64,000 nt of DNA from a virus, in the IMG/VR virus record IMGVR_UViG_3300038465_000158, positions 32,686 through 96,685 of that record; one strand, written 5' to 3'. The notes beneath the pieces are model-generated. The model had not been told where the DNA came from. It made no database searches and saw nothing but the letters and a program-made list of their open reading frames with translations. A program made the position numbers and the translations under genes. Shown here piece by piece: positions 20,223 to 30,900 of this stretch (its first letter is position 1; each line of letters opens with the position of its first letter).

Positions 20223-20725
20223 GCGAAAGCAAAATCCCGAAAACTGGCCAACGTGGCTATCTTGCGATGACGACTGGAAATGATGATGAAGTTGCGTGGG
20301 TGCCAGCAAGTCTTCCTAGCAGCGGATTCATAACCCCACTTCCTGTCATATGGGCTGAACTGGATAGTAGCGTCGGAACTGGTGGCCCAGTTTCAGCCTT
20401 TGGATACACACCAAGTTTCATGCCCGTTGGCGCGCAAACTACAGCGCAACTAGTCGAAGCAGTTTGTTGGGCAAAAGATACAGCCACTGACTACTACAAT
20501 TCGTATGAACTTAACATCACGCAGAATGGTACTGCGATTCCAGCACTGACTAATCTTTGGGTTAGTTACAGCACATCACCAGTTATTACTATTCTTTCGC
20601 CGCCAGTAGATGTAGCAAATAATGATGAATTCAATATTGAAGTGACTCGTAACTGGTTCGGTGGAGGATCGCCGTACACTCCAATTATAGCAACTCTGTA
20701 CATCAAACTATCGGCAGTGACATGA
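20219..20725 (+). CDS. Virion-module beta protein, tandem paralog B
   Basis: SKIPKTGQRG...GNDDEV...LNITQNG...NNDEFNIE. Confidence 0.7.
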   Translation: MSESKIPKTGQRGYLAMTTGNDDEVAWVPASLPSSGFITPLPVIWAELDSSVGTGGPVSAFGYTPSFMPVGAQTTAQLVEAVCWAKDTATDYYNSYELNITQNGTAIPALTNLWVSYSTSPVITILSPPVDVANNDEFNIEVTRNWFGGGSPYTPIIATLYIKLSAVT

Positions 20726-21234
20726 GCAGAAGCAATATCCCAAAAACTACTCAACGTGGTCTTTTTGTGATGTCCACTGGCAATGACAATGAGGTTGCGC
20801 TTGTCCCTGGCAGTCCAGTTGCTGGCGGAGCGACAATAGCAGTGCCAATTACGTGGGTGCATCCACCAAAATTCGGTGCAGGTCCGTATTCGAACTTTGG
20901 ACCAACACCAATTTTCATGCCAGTTGACCCAACAACGAATGTGCAACTTATTGGCGGAATGTTTTGGGCATTAGAGACACTTAGCAGCGGCATTGGAATT
21001 CTTGGAACTGAATACAATCTCAACATTGATAAAAATGGTAGCGCAATAGCAGGTATGACAAATATTTACGTCACGTATTCAACATCTCCAGTTTTTGCAT
21101 CAATCGCTCCAATTGATACTGCAAATGATGATCAATTTGATATTGAACTAATTGACATGAATGCGCCTGGCACCAACCTGTACGGTGCAACAGTTTCTTG
21201 CACTCTTTTCTTCGCTGTGACAGCATTGACGTAA
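20722..21234 (+). CDS. Virion-module beta protein, tandem paralog C
   Basis: SNIPKTTQRG...GNDNEV...LNIDKNG...NDDQFDIE. Confidence 0.7.
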   Translation: MSRSNIPKTTQRGLFVMSTGNDNEVALVPGSPVAGGATIAVPITWVHPPKFGAGPYSNFGPTPIFMPVDPTTNVQLIGGMFWALETLSSGIGILGTEYNLNIDKNGSAIAGMTNIYVTYSTSPVFASIAPIDTANDDQFDIELIDMNAPGTNLYGATVSCTLFFAVTALT

Positions 21235-21983
21235 TGGAAATTATCGACACCTTTCATTTCAACAATGAAATTGAACTTCTGGATTTGAGAGTTCACATTC
21301 TAGAAGACATCGTCGATAAATTCATTGTCAAAGAGGCAGATGAAACGTTCACGAGAAACCCTAAGAAGTGTTTGGCGGCTCTTTACGATCATCCAAAGGT
21401 ATTCACACATAAAGTCGAATTACCGGATGGCACACCGTGGGAGAGAGACACGTATCAGAAAACAGCAAAAGTCAATCTCGATGAGTTCGGCATTTCGTCT
21501 GACGCTCTCATCATGATGAGCGATGTCGATGAGATGCCGAGTGTCGAAGCAATTCATCGAATGACAACGGAACTTAAATATGGAATGCTCTGCAGATTTA
21601 TGCAGCGACCATTTCAACGGTTTCTCAATGTCGAACAAATTGGGCAACCGTGGAGTGGCACACGAGTTTGTCTCGCTTCCACATATCATTTGCTCAATGA
21701 CGGTAATTTCTCGCATCATATGCCGGCGTATTCAATCGGTAAGGGCGGTTGGCATTGGTCATTTCTCGGCGATACTGAAATGATTATTGACAAGATCAAG
21801 TCATATGGCCACACTCAATTCAATACACCAGAGACAATTCGACTTATCGACGAACGAGTAGCGAACAGTCAAGATGTTCTCGGTCGCACATTCCGATTTC
21901 GTACAGTTGACATTGATGAAACCTACCCAGTGTATATACGTGAAAACCAGGATAAATTGCGCCACTTGATCAAGTTAAAATGA
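21234..21983 (+). CDS. GT17-like glycosyltransferase (GnT-III/MGAT3-like)
   Basis: IIDTFHFNNEIELLDLR..L...VD.F...E...TF, SDVDEMP, and GGWHWSFLG....I..KIKSYGH motifs. Confidence 0.85.
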   Translation: MEIIDTFHFNNEIELLDLRVHILEDIVDKFIVKEADETFTRNPKKCLAALYDHPKVFTHKVELPDGTPWERDTYQKTAKVNLDEFGISSDALIMMSDVDEMPSVEAIHRMTTELKYGMLCRFMQRPFQRFLNVEQIGQPWSGTRVCLASTYHLLNDGNFSHHMPAYSIGKGGWHWSFLGDTEMIIDKIKSYGHTQFNTPETIRLIDERVANSQDVLGRTFRFRTVDIDETYPVYIRENQDKLRHLIKLK

Positions 21984-22004
21984 TTCCATGACCTGAGGAG
22001 GTTT

Positions 22005-23411
22005 ATAGCGACATTCGATCGGAAGACGGCAGGTGTAGGTGCATTAAATTGGGCAAAACTTCAGAACGGCAAACCGTACATCTGGGGAGGCACCGGACCA
22101 GAAGGTTTTGATTGCTCTGGTCTTACGGAAGAGGCATATCTTCATGTAAATGTCCAACTTCCTCGCACCACGTACGAACAATGCAAATTGTACGTTCTTC
22201 CGAAGGACGCAAAGCTCGAACCTGGAGATTTGCTCTTCATTGCGGGCTCTGACGGCACGGTGGCTGAACCTGGCCATGTAATGATTTTCATCGAAGACGG
22301 TTGGGTCTTCCAAGCGCCGTTTACCGGCGAAGATGTTGGTAAGTACGCGTACGACACGACTCAGTACGACGTCGCAACACGACCAGCTCTTGCGCTGCCT
22401 CTACCAGTTGTTCCACCAACGGTTGAGCAATTGGCCGCGGCAAAAATGGTGCTTCTTCCAAATCAAGCTGCCGCATTTCTCGCACGGCGAAATGGATGGA
22501 CTGTTCGCTACTGGATTCATCAACAGTTCCTTGCGGCGCCTCCAGGATTTCCAACTACTGGTCTGGCGGAATATGCGAACATTCACTATGAGAGTCCTCG
22601 TCCGGCACGGCAAGCTGGGAAGCGCGGAGTTCGCATCAATGAACTTCATCTTCCGGACCTCGAACTTCACAAATTCAAATCGACTGCACCACTCCCGCCA
22701 TTACCAACAAGCGGCGATGTCCGTTGCAGTCTCGAAAACATCGGGATGCTCGGCAATGATGAGTTTGGCGACTGTGGTCCAGCCGCTACCGAGCACATTC
22801 GCATGATGCAAGCAGCAATTTCGACTATTAACGGTCAAACGACGTGGGTTCCTGGGTTCCGAATTCCTCACACCGCGTACACTGAAGGCCTCTATTTTGC
22901 GTACGGTCGAGCGATGGGAGAAGGCGGTCTTCATCCCGACCAGGGAGTTGCAAATGCAACTTGGTTGCTTTGGCTGTACCAGCACAAAATCATCGAAGGA
23001 TTTGCTGAAGTCAACGTCAATGCATCGTCTGGTCTCATCAATGGCGACAATGCTGCTGCTCGAGCTCATCGTGCGATGATTGAGTTCCAAGGATGTCTCG
23101 TTGCCGTCAGTCTCACCGATGACGCTGAACAACTGTTCCAGGAAGGTCTTCCTTGGACGACGGCAAACGGCGAAACTCCAGATCCGCAAGAAGGTCATGA
23201 CATTGCTCTCGGTGCGTACAGTCCGACAGGAGATACGTTCGGGACTTGGGGCGCATGGGAAGAGTCAACTATTGACTGGGACAACGAATGCATCGGCGAA
23301 TGCTGGGTCATCGTCACCAAGGAACTTGCTGAGCGAAGTGGTTACAATTTCGCTGCTATGACTGCTGTGCTGGATACTCTCGTGGACGCGCATCTTCCGG
23401 CTGCGGCGTAA
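22005..23411 (+). CDS. Endolysin-like protein: N-terminal NlpC/P60 plus C-terminal papain-like cysteine peptidase (probable ATA start at 22005)
   Basis: GKPYIWGGTGPEGFDCSGL lies in frame upstream of the TTG at 22188, then PGDLLF...GHV; second domain MLGNDEFGDC...GHDI...TWG; GAGGAGGT RBS at 21995-22002. Confidence 0.8.
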   Translation: MATFDRKTAGVGALNWAKLQNGKPYIWGGTGPEGFDCSGLTEEAYLHVNVQLPRTTYEQCKLYVLPKDAKLEPGDLLFIAGSDGTVAEPGHVMIFIEDGWVFQAPFTGEDVGKYAYDTTQYDVATRPALALPLPVVPPTVEQLAAAKMVLLPNQAAAFLARRNGWTVRYWIHQQFLAAPPGFPTTGLAEYANIHYESPRPARQAGKRGVRINELHLPDLELHKFKSTAPLPPLPTSGDVRCSLENIGMLGNDEFGDCGPAATEHIRMMQAAISTINGQTTWVPGFRIPHTAYTEGLYFAYGRAMGEGGLHPDQGVANATWLLWLYQHKIIEGFAEVNVNASSGLINGDNAAARAHRAMIEFQGCLVAVSLTDDAEQLFQEGLPWTTANGETPDPQEGHDIALGAYSPTGDTFGTWGAWEESTIDWDNECIGECWVIVTKELAERSGYNFAAMTAVLDTLVDAHLPAAA

Positions 23412-23420
23412 GGCGCATCC

Positions 23421-23735
23421 ATGCTCTCAGTTGTCGGACATAATCCTTTCACCAATTGGATTACGTATCTTTCAGCCGTCGTCGGTCTCCTTCTCGGCGT
23501 CGGTACACTTTACATTCGTGTCATTTACCCAAGAGCTCTAGCGCACAAAGAGCACGAGGCTGAACGTGAAGGCATGCGGAAAGAACTTGATGCGAAGGAC
23601 GAATTTCATAACGGATTTCTAGATGGTGTAGACGAAGTGCCGGGTATGACACTTGCTGTGCCGCCTGCCGCAGTACGAATCAAAGCGCTTGAAGACATGA
23701 TGCAAACCCTACTCAAACCCGGACAGGAGATTTAG
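23421..23735 (+). CDS. Single-TM membrane protein (holin/lysis-associated)
   Basis: N-terminal TM helix; FLDG..V.G....PPA..R shared with the next gene. Confidence 0.6.
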   Translation: MLSVVGHNPFTNWITYLSAVVGLLLGVGTLYIRVIYPRALAHKEHEAEREGMRKELDAKDEFHNGFLDGVDEVPGMTLAVPPAAVRIKALEDMMQTLLKPGQEI

Positions 23736-24229
23736 TGCTTTTGCATTTAGCGCTTCAAAACAGCAAGATACCAGTTTTCAACTCGGTCCATTTCTGGCAA
23801 GGTGTAGTCGGAACAGTCGCTGTGTTAACTTTCATTGCAGCGTTCCTCGCCAAGCCAATTAAAAGGTGGTACGATAAGAGAAGTCTCGAACGGCAAAGAC
23901 ATGAACTGTTCCTAGACGGCATGCCTGGTGTAGAAGGATTCACAAAGCCTATTCCACCGGCGTATGAGCGAATGGGGAATCTCGAAACTGGAATGACAAA
24001 AGCGAATTCAACACTCGAGAATCACGGTGAAATTCTCGAGACTATCGTCAACACACTCATTGGTGTCGCAAGAGCTATTGAAGATGTTGACAGCAAAGTC
24101 ACGCCGAACGGTGGAGATACGAACAATCCTGGCGACGTGTTGCAGCGACTCGCAAAAGCAACTGGCGTCTGGGTTGAAGAAAAGAAGATCCCAATAACAC
24201 GTATCAAAAATGAAAACAAAAAATCGTGA
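23735..24229 (+). CDS. Single-TM membrane protein with coiled coil (lysis-associated)
   Basis: TM helix, FLDGMPGVEG, and the TPNGG motif common after actinophage lysins. Confidence 0.6.
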   Translation: MLLHLALQNSKIPVFNSVHFWQGVVGTVAVLTFIAAFLAKPIKRWYDKRSLERQRHELFLDGMPGVEGFTKPIPPAYERMGNLETGMTKANSTLENHGEILETIVNTLIGVARAIEDVDSKVTPNGGDTNNPGDVLQRLAKATGVWVEEKKIPITRIKNENKKS

Positions 24230-24822
24230 GAAAGCAAGCTGTAGTCCCTGAAGCGACCGTTGCAATTTATGACTTTGGCGAGCATTGTGAAACAACTGAA
24301 GCCGGGGACATGATTCTTGTCAAGCATGCGCATATCTCCGCGAAATTGATTCGCTTCGGACAACGAATCAAATATTGGATGCTTCGTGTCATCATGCGGC
24401 GAAAGGAGTACGACAAAGCGTACTGCGAAACGAATCATGCGATGATTGTCGTCGTTGGCGGGAAGGACGCTCTCGTCTCCCAGATGCAACCGTCTGGCGG
24501 CGGAGTCATCGTTGGTCTTCGTCGCTATGCTGATTTGCGATACGCCGTCGTACACCCGACAAAAGCGAATGTTGAACAGCGAGCAAATGCGGCAGCATTC
24601 GGTAGATGGGCAGTTGGTAACAAATATGGCTGGCTCTCAATCGCAACTATGATTGTCGGTGTGTTCATCCCATTTTTCGAAGTCGCGATGAGTATCGGCA
24701 ACAGCATGGTTTGTTCGACTGCGTCAACCCTCGCGCACCGCTGCATGGGGTTGATTCCTGACGAGGCAGACACTGGAGTGTTTCCTGCAGATGATGCTCG
24801 CTACTACGATGTAAGGTTGTAA
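24226..24822 (+). CDS. Permuted papain-like (YiiX/YaeF-type NlpC/P60) enzyme
   Basis: AGDMILV...NHAMIV...GNKYGW...MVCST: His precedes Cys. Confidence 0.7.
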   Translation: MRKQAVVPEATVAIYDFGEHCETTEAGDMILVKHAHISAKLIRFGQRIKYWMLRVIMRRKEYDKAYCETNHAMIVVVGGKDALVSQMQPSGGGVIVGLRRYADLRYAVVHPTKANVEQRANAAAFGRWAVGNKYGWLSIATMIVGVFIPFFEVAMSIGNSMVCSTASTLAHRCMGLIPDEADTGVFPADDARYYDVRL

Positions 24823-24825
24823 TCG

Positions 24826-25467
24826 ATGTCACCACTCACTTACGAAGGCGAGACTGCAGTCGCCTATCCAGCAGTATTCGGTGGAGTCGCTGCTCCAGCA
24901 ATATACTACGTCGGGCTGCAGACAAGTGAGATCTATCCTGGAGCAAGTCAAAGCATCGCGAATGGCGCAGTAATTATCCCAACAGCATTTGACACATTTA
25001 GCGAACCAGGAACTGGCACTAATAGAATTTTTGTCTGTTCAACAGCAGGGACAACCGATGTAGCTGAGCCAAATTGGGACGCTGTCGTATCTGGTGGAAC
25101 GATACTTGACGGCAGTGTCATCTGGCAAGATGTTGCGTCAACAACATCACCGTTTTGGCTGAGTTCTACGCCAGTCTTTAACGAAGTTTCTGCATCAGAA
25201 TATGCACGAGTTGAGTATGACAACAATCAAACAAATTTTCCTTCGCCAAGCGGTTCAAACCCGACCGTAGGCACAAATGCGAATATCATCGGGTTTGCGA
25301 CATCATATGTTGCATGGGGTACTCTTGCCGCAGTCACATTTCATGACGCGTACAGCGGCGGCAATGTAATCTCATTTGCGTACCTTTCAAAGCATTTGAC
25401 AATTAGCGGCGCTGGAATCACACCAAGTATCCCAGCGCTAACGGGACTTACGCTTACTGTCTCATAA
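24826..25467 (+). CDS. Virion structural / fibre-associated protein
   Basis: YYVGL...EVS..EYARV...N...I.F..A..WGT...HDA.SGGN pattern, with an inserted CSTAGTT..EP.W..DGSVIW module. Confidence 0.65.
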   Translation: MSPLTYEGETAVAYPAVFGGVAAPAIYYVGLQTSEIYPGASQSIANGAVIIPTAFDTFSEPGTGTNRIFVCSTAGTTDVAEPNWDAVVSGGTILDGSVIWQDVASTTSPFWLSSTPVFNEVSASEYARVEYDNNQTNFPSPSGSNPTVGTNANIIGFATSYVAWGTLAAVTFHDAYSGGNVISFAYLSKHLTISGAGITPSIPALTGLTLTVS

Positions 25468-25530
25468 AAATACAGTGCTTCGGATGTTAATATTCAAAGT
25501 AATGGTTGTTGTCCACCGCATAGGAGATTT

Positions 25531-26661
25531 ATTTTCGTAGAACTCGGTAACAAGTCCGCAGCCTTCCGGGATGAGAAGACTGGAGAAATGGTTTCGCATC
25601 TTGACCGGCTTGGTGGAGCACCTACGGTCACGTATGCCACTGTTGGCCATGTGAATGCTGGACTCCATGACAGTGGCATTGAAATTCCGAAGTTCAAGAC
25701 ACACTTGTACGAATCTGTCATTATGAACAAGGGCGTCACGAACTTTGACGGTGCTGGCGTTACTGAAGGAGCTGGCGCTGCCGCCCTTTGCGACTTGGTG
25801 CACCCAGACGGTTCGTGGATGGCGAACTCAACGGACGCACGTCCGACGTGGGTATGGTCCGACGATCCAGACTTCGGTAAGTTGCTTTCTGCTTACTACG
25901 AAGTTCCTTACGGTCGACCAGATGACTTGTTCTTAACGCATCACACGCAGTTTGGCCCTCCTGGGTCGACTCCTCCTTCAGTTTCGCCAGCAGTCGCTCT
26001 TATCAAGGACATCACGAATCTCTTGGTCAACACTGGCCGAGACATGTGGGCCCAGGGCCAGGGTCGTTCGCAAGTAGTTCTTGCGCAGCAAACAGCAACT
26101 GCGGCTGGTACAACGTCGATTACTGGAACGGGCACACCGTTCACCGCATCTGCGTACATCGGAATGATCGTGGTGGACAACTCGACTGGAGTTTGGGGAA
26201 ACATCCAGTCGAACACAACTTCAGTCTTGACTGTCGACCGTTGGTACAACCCCGCCACTCCTGGTGGTGCTGCTGCCACCACACCTGGCGCAACTGACAA
26301 GTTTACGATTGTTCAGGCTGTCTCACCGGCGCAGTTCATGGGAATCACCGCGAACGCGACAGCGGCAGGAGCCACAGACACTCAGTTGCCATCAGAAATC
26401 GTTACTGGTGGCGGTGGACTTGTTCGAGCCGTCACCACGTACGCGCACTCGGCCGGCACGAACACGTACACGTCGGCCAACACATTTACTGCGAACGGTT
26501 CTGACTCACTTCCAGTCACCATTGCGAAGATGGGTCTGTTCAACTCAATGGTGGTCGCTTCGACGATCAATATGTGGTTTGAGACGTTGCTGAATGCAAC
26601 AGCGACTCTTACCATTTCCGGCGACGCACTCACGATCACGGACACCGTCACAGGGTCTTAG
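25531..26661 (+). CDS. Virion structural protein (probable ATT start at 25531; first ATG at 25588)
   Basis: AGGAGA-TTT-ATT then FVELGNK in frame; T/A-rich C-terminal half with capsid-like codon usage. Confidence 0.65.
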   Translation: MFVELGNKSAAFRDEKTGEMVSHLDRLGGAPTVTYATVGHVNAGLHDSGIEIPKFKTHLYESVIMNKGVTNFDGAGVTEGAGAAALCDLVHPDGSWMANSTDARPTWVWSDDPDFGKLLSAYYEVPYGRPDDLFLTHHTQFGPPGSTPPSVSPAVALIKDITNLLVNTGRDMWAQGQGRSQVVLAQQTATAAGTTSITGTGTPFTASAYIGMIVVDNSTGVWGNIQSNTTSVLTVDRWYNPATPGGAAATTPGATDKFTIVQAVSPAQFMGITANATAAGATDTQLPSEIVTGGGGLVRAVTTYAHSAGTNTYTSANTFTANGSDSLPVTIAKMGLFNSMVVASTINMWFETLLNATATLTISGDALTITDTVTGS

Positions 26662-26664
26662 TCG

Positions 26665-27981
26665 ATGGACACCCTCGTCAATGGGGGCTATTCGACGGTA
26701 GCCACGGCACCTTCACCAGCGACGTCAGGACTTACGTTGGTAGTTGCAGCGGGTGACGGCGCGAAGTTCCCGGCGACTGGTTCATTCGACGTCGTACTCT
26801 GCCCGGTCGGTCAATTGCCGTTATTCTTCGGTACGAATAAGAATGCGGAGATTGCTCGTTGTACGCTCGTCTCGACTGACACGCTAACGATTGTTCGCGC
26901 GCAGTACGGGACGACCGCGCAGACAGTTGCTGTCGGTTGGGCAGTGGACAATGCGGTCACGGCGAACCTACTATCCCAACTAGTCGCTGTCTCCAACGCC
27001 TCCTACGCGGGCAAGAACGCCATCATCAATGGCGGGATGGAGATAGCCCAGCGCGGGACTTCGTTCTCGGGTTCAGGTTCAACGACCTACGGACTCGACC
27101 GCTGGTGCTTCCAGTCCTCGGGGAGCAACACGACATTCGCTCAATCGTCGTCGTCACCGCCTGCGCAATTCCGTTACTTTCAGTCGGTGACAGAAACGAG
27201 TGCCACCAGTTCGACGTGGTATCTCGCCCAGTCGATTGAGACCAATAACGTCATTCCATTTCAGAATCAGGTCGTCACGCTCTCATTCCTGTATAAGATG
27301 CCAGTGAACTTCACGAATGCCGTCACGGTGTCACTTCGCTACTCCACTGGGACCGACGCAAATCTCTTGAACGCCGGGACTGCCATCACGATCACCGCAG
27401 GGTTGAACGTCAATACTTCGACTGGTGCCATAACGAACGAATCCGCCTGGACGCAAGGAACCGCTACCTTCACCGTCCCCTCCACCGCGACGTCGTTGGC
27501 CGTTCAATTCTCATCGGCAACGGACATAGTCAGCACCGGACAGTTCAACGTGACCGGAGTACAACTCGAACTCGGTTCCGTCATGACACCGTTTTCCAGG
27601 TCCGGGGGAAGCATCGAGGGAGAGTTGGCGTTGTGCCAACGTTACTATTATGAAGCCAATAGTGCGCAGGCCAGTGACGTTTATAACGTCTATGGAGCGG
27701 GTCAGTGCATAGCCGTTACAAATGCAGTCTGTTATATCAATTTCCCGGTGACTATGAGAGCCGCACCAGCGACGTTCACCTCATCAACTGCATCGGGGTT
27801 TGCGATTGATTCAGCGAACGGAACTGGTACGTCGGTGACTGCTATTGCTATGAATAGAAGTACACCCGCTAATGCAGACATTGCAATCACCGTTGCTTCC
27901 GGAATGGTTGCAGGTAACGCAACTACTTTGCATTCAAATGCAAACCAAACTTCATGGCTTGGGCTTAGCGCGGAGTTGTAA
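26665..27981 (+). CDS. Tail fibre / receptor-binding protein
   Basis: N-terminus homologous to the 13071 protein; KNAIINGGMEIAQRG...DRW and VQLELGS..TPF....ELALCQRYY fibre motifs. Confidence 0.8.
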   Translation: MDTLVNGGYSTVATAPSPATSGLTLVVAAGDGAKFPATGSFDVVLCPVGQLPLFFGTNKNAEIARCTLVSTDTLTIVRAQYGTTAQTVAVGWAVDNAVTANLLSQLVAVSNASYAGKNAIINGGMEIAQRGTSFSGSGSTTYGLDRWCFQSSGSNTTFAQSSSSPPAQFRYFQSVTETSATSSTWYLAQSIETNNVIPFQNQVVTLSFLYKMPVNFTNAVTVSLRYSTGTDANLLNAGTAITITAGLNVNTSTGAITNESAWTQGTATFTVPSTATSLAVQFSSATDIVSTGQFNVTGVQLELGSVMTPFSRSGGSIEGELALCQRYYYEANSAQASDVYNVYGAGQCIAVTNAVCYINFPVTMRAAPATFTSSTASGFAIDSANGTGTSVTAIAMNRSTPANADIAITVASGMVAGNATTLHSNANQTSWLGLSAEL

Positions 27982-27984
27982 TAC

Positions 27985-30900
27985 ATGCCCCTCGGCTCCA
28001 ATTACCTAGGGCAGGCGTATCTCGGGCAAGGTCGCGCGCCGCAGCGATTCACTAGGACCGCGACCGATTCGAGTGTCAACACTGATGCGGTAGTCCGCAC
28101 CTACGGTCCGACAAGATTTGCTACTGATTTTTCACTTAACACTGATGCTGCAACTCGTACATTTGCTCAAATTCGTACAACTACGGACAGTTCCGTCAAT
28201 ACTGATGCTACTACTCGAACTACTCAAACACTTATTCGTACGACCACGGACAATTCCGTCAACACCGATGCCATTATTCGCGCAATTCAAGTCTTCACTA
28301 GAACAGCAACGGATTCTAGCATCAATACTGATGCAGTAACTCGCATCCAAGGACGAACACGTTCGGCAACTGATGCTTCAGTGAATACAGATGCAATCAT
28401 TAGATCAGTTCAAACATTAGTCAGAGCCGCGTCAGATTCGAGTGCCAATACTGATGTCGTAACGGCTACCAAAGTCTTTATTCGTGCTGCTAGTGATTCA
28501 AGTATCAACACGGATGCAGTCGTACGAGCAGTTCAAATTTTCATCCGCGTAGCGACAGATAGTTCCGTCAATACAGATGTAGCTGCAAGAACGATTTCGC
28601 GTGTCAGAACTACTACTGATTCGTCAATAAACACGGATTCTGTATCGCGCAACGTTCAAATATTTAGTCGCGCCACAACGGATACCTCAACTAACACGGA
28701 TTCTGTCACTAGAGGGCCTCTGATATTTACTAGAACGGCTACAGACACTTCTCTCAACGCAGATGCTGCAGTTCGAATTGTCGCGATTACTCAAACGGCA
28801 ACTGATTCATCAATCAACACTGATGCAGCCGTTAGAAGTGTTCAAATCTTCATCCGCACCGCAACAGACGCAAGTTTGAATACTGATTCCGTAGTTCGTT
28901 CGTTCGTCAAACTTCGAACTACTACTGATTCATCAATCAATACGGATGTCGTTACTCGAGCAACAATTATCTTCATTCGCACAACAGCCGATTCATCAGT
29001 GAACACGGACAATGCTGCACATTCGTTCATAATAGCAAGGACTGCAACTGATTCATCGGTCAATACCGATGTAGTCGTCCGTTCGGTCTTAGCACTTGCC
29101 AGAAGCGCAAGCGATTCGAGTATCAACACAGACATCGTTATTCGTACGATGCAGATATTTGTACGCACAGTAACGGATGCAAGCATCAATACCGATGCTG
29201 TTGCACGTACTTTCATTTTTGCTCGGTCTGTAGCAGATTCTTCAGTCAACGCAGATGTTGCAACAACACCGCTGGTAAACCGAACAGCATCAGACGCATC
29301 TGTCAATACGGATACTGTGCTTCGTACGTTCATCTGGATTCGAGTTGCTAGTGACAGTTCTGTCAATACGGATGCAGCTATACGAGCGGCGCAAACGCTC
29401 GTTCGTACGGCGACGGACAACTCAATCAACACAGATTCTGCTGCGCGGTCGAGTCAAATCTTTGCAAGAAGTGCAACTGACGCATCTGTCAACACTGACA
29501 ATGCTATACGATCTTTGACCGTAATCCGCGTCGCAACCGATACATCAATCAATACGGATGCAGTTATTAGAAGTGTTCAAACGTTCATCAGAACGATAAG
29601 TGATTCTAGCACCAACACTGATGTAGCAGTAAGAATTCGTTCCGCTGTCCGTGCAGCGATTGATTCGAGCATCAACACGGACGCGATAGTTCGTGCCGTG
29701 CAAACGTTCATTCGAAGTGCCACAGATGCAGCACTGAACACTGATGCTGTGGTTCGATCGTTCGTTGAGATTCGAACGATAACTGATACGTCTCTTACTG
29801 CCGACACGGTTATTCGAACTCAAACGTTCGTCAGAACAGTAACTGACGCGTCAGTCAATACAGATAGTGTCATTCGGCAACTGACGTTTGCACGAACATG
29901 CTCTGATGTATCTATCAATACTGATTCTGCTTCTCGCACAAGATTGATCATTCGGACTACTGCTGATGCATCAATCAACACGGATGCTGTTGTTCGATCA
30001 ATTCAAGTTTTCGTACGATCAACGAATGATTCTTCTGTTAACACAGATTCAGTAGTCAGTACATTGACAATTGTTCGAAGTAGTGCAGATTCATCGCTCA
30101 ATACGGATATGATATCCAGAGCGATTCAAGCATTTATTCGTTCCGCGGTAGACGCAAGTATCAACACTGACAGCGCATCACAAAGTCAAATAGCAATTCG
30201 AATAGCGGCAGACTCATCAGTCAATACTGATGTTACGACTCGCGGGACCCAAGTTTTTGCTAGAACTGCTGGCGATAACTCAATCAATACAGACACTGCT
30301 ATTCGAGCAAGAACAATAAGTAGAACTGCTGCTGATGCTTCAGTAAACACCGATGCTGTAGCACGAACTATTCAAATATTCATTCGAAGTAACACAGATT
30401 CGTCACTTAATACTGATGCGACGGTAAGGTCGACGCATATATTCGTCAGAAGCGCCGCGGAATCAAGTCTCAATACAGATGCAGTCACTCGGTCAATCAT
30501 CATCTTTATTCGCAACGCAGTTGACTCATCAGTGAACGCAGATGCTATTACTCGAACTCAAGCAATTTCTCGTTCAACTTCTGACACGAGCCTCAACACT
30601 GATACGGTCGTACGAACGTTCATACGAATTCGAACGACGAATGATTCTAGTCTCAACACAGATTCTGTTCAACGGTCATTCATGCAAATTCGAACAAGCA
30701 CGGATGCTTCTGTCAATACTGATATCGCAACTCAATCAGAATCTCTACACAGAGTTGTCACTGATTCATCGCTTAACACTGATGTGACAATTCGAGCGGC
30801 GCAGTTGTTTATTCGAGGCATAACGGATTCGAGTCTCAATACTGATAATGCTGGCATCTCCAACGCAATTCTTCGTTTTGCTTCAGACACCTCAATTGAC

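Noticed and set aside
16496-21234. Diversity-generating retroelement acting on paralogous tail genes
   Set aside because: No reverse transcriptase and no near-identical TR/VR pair differing only at adenines in the window.
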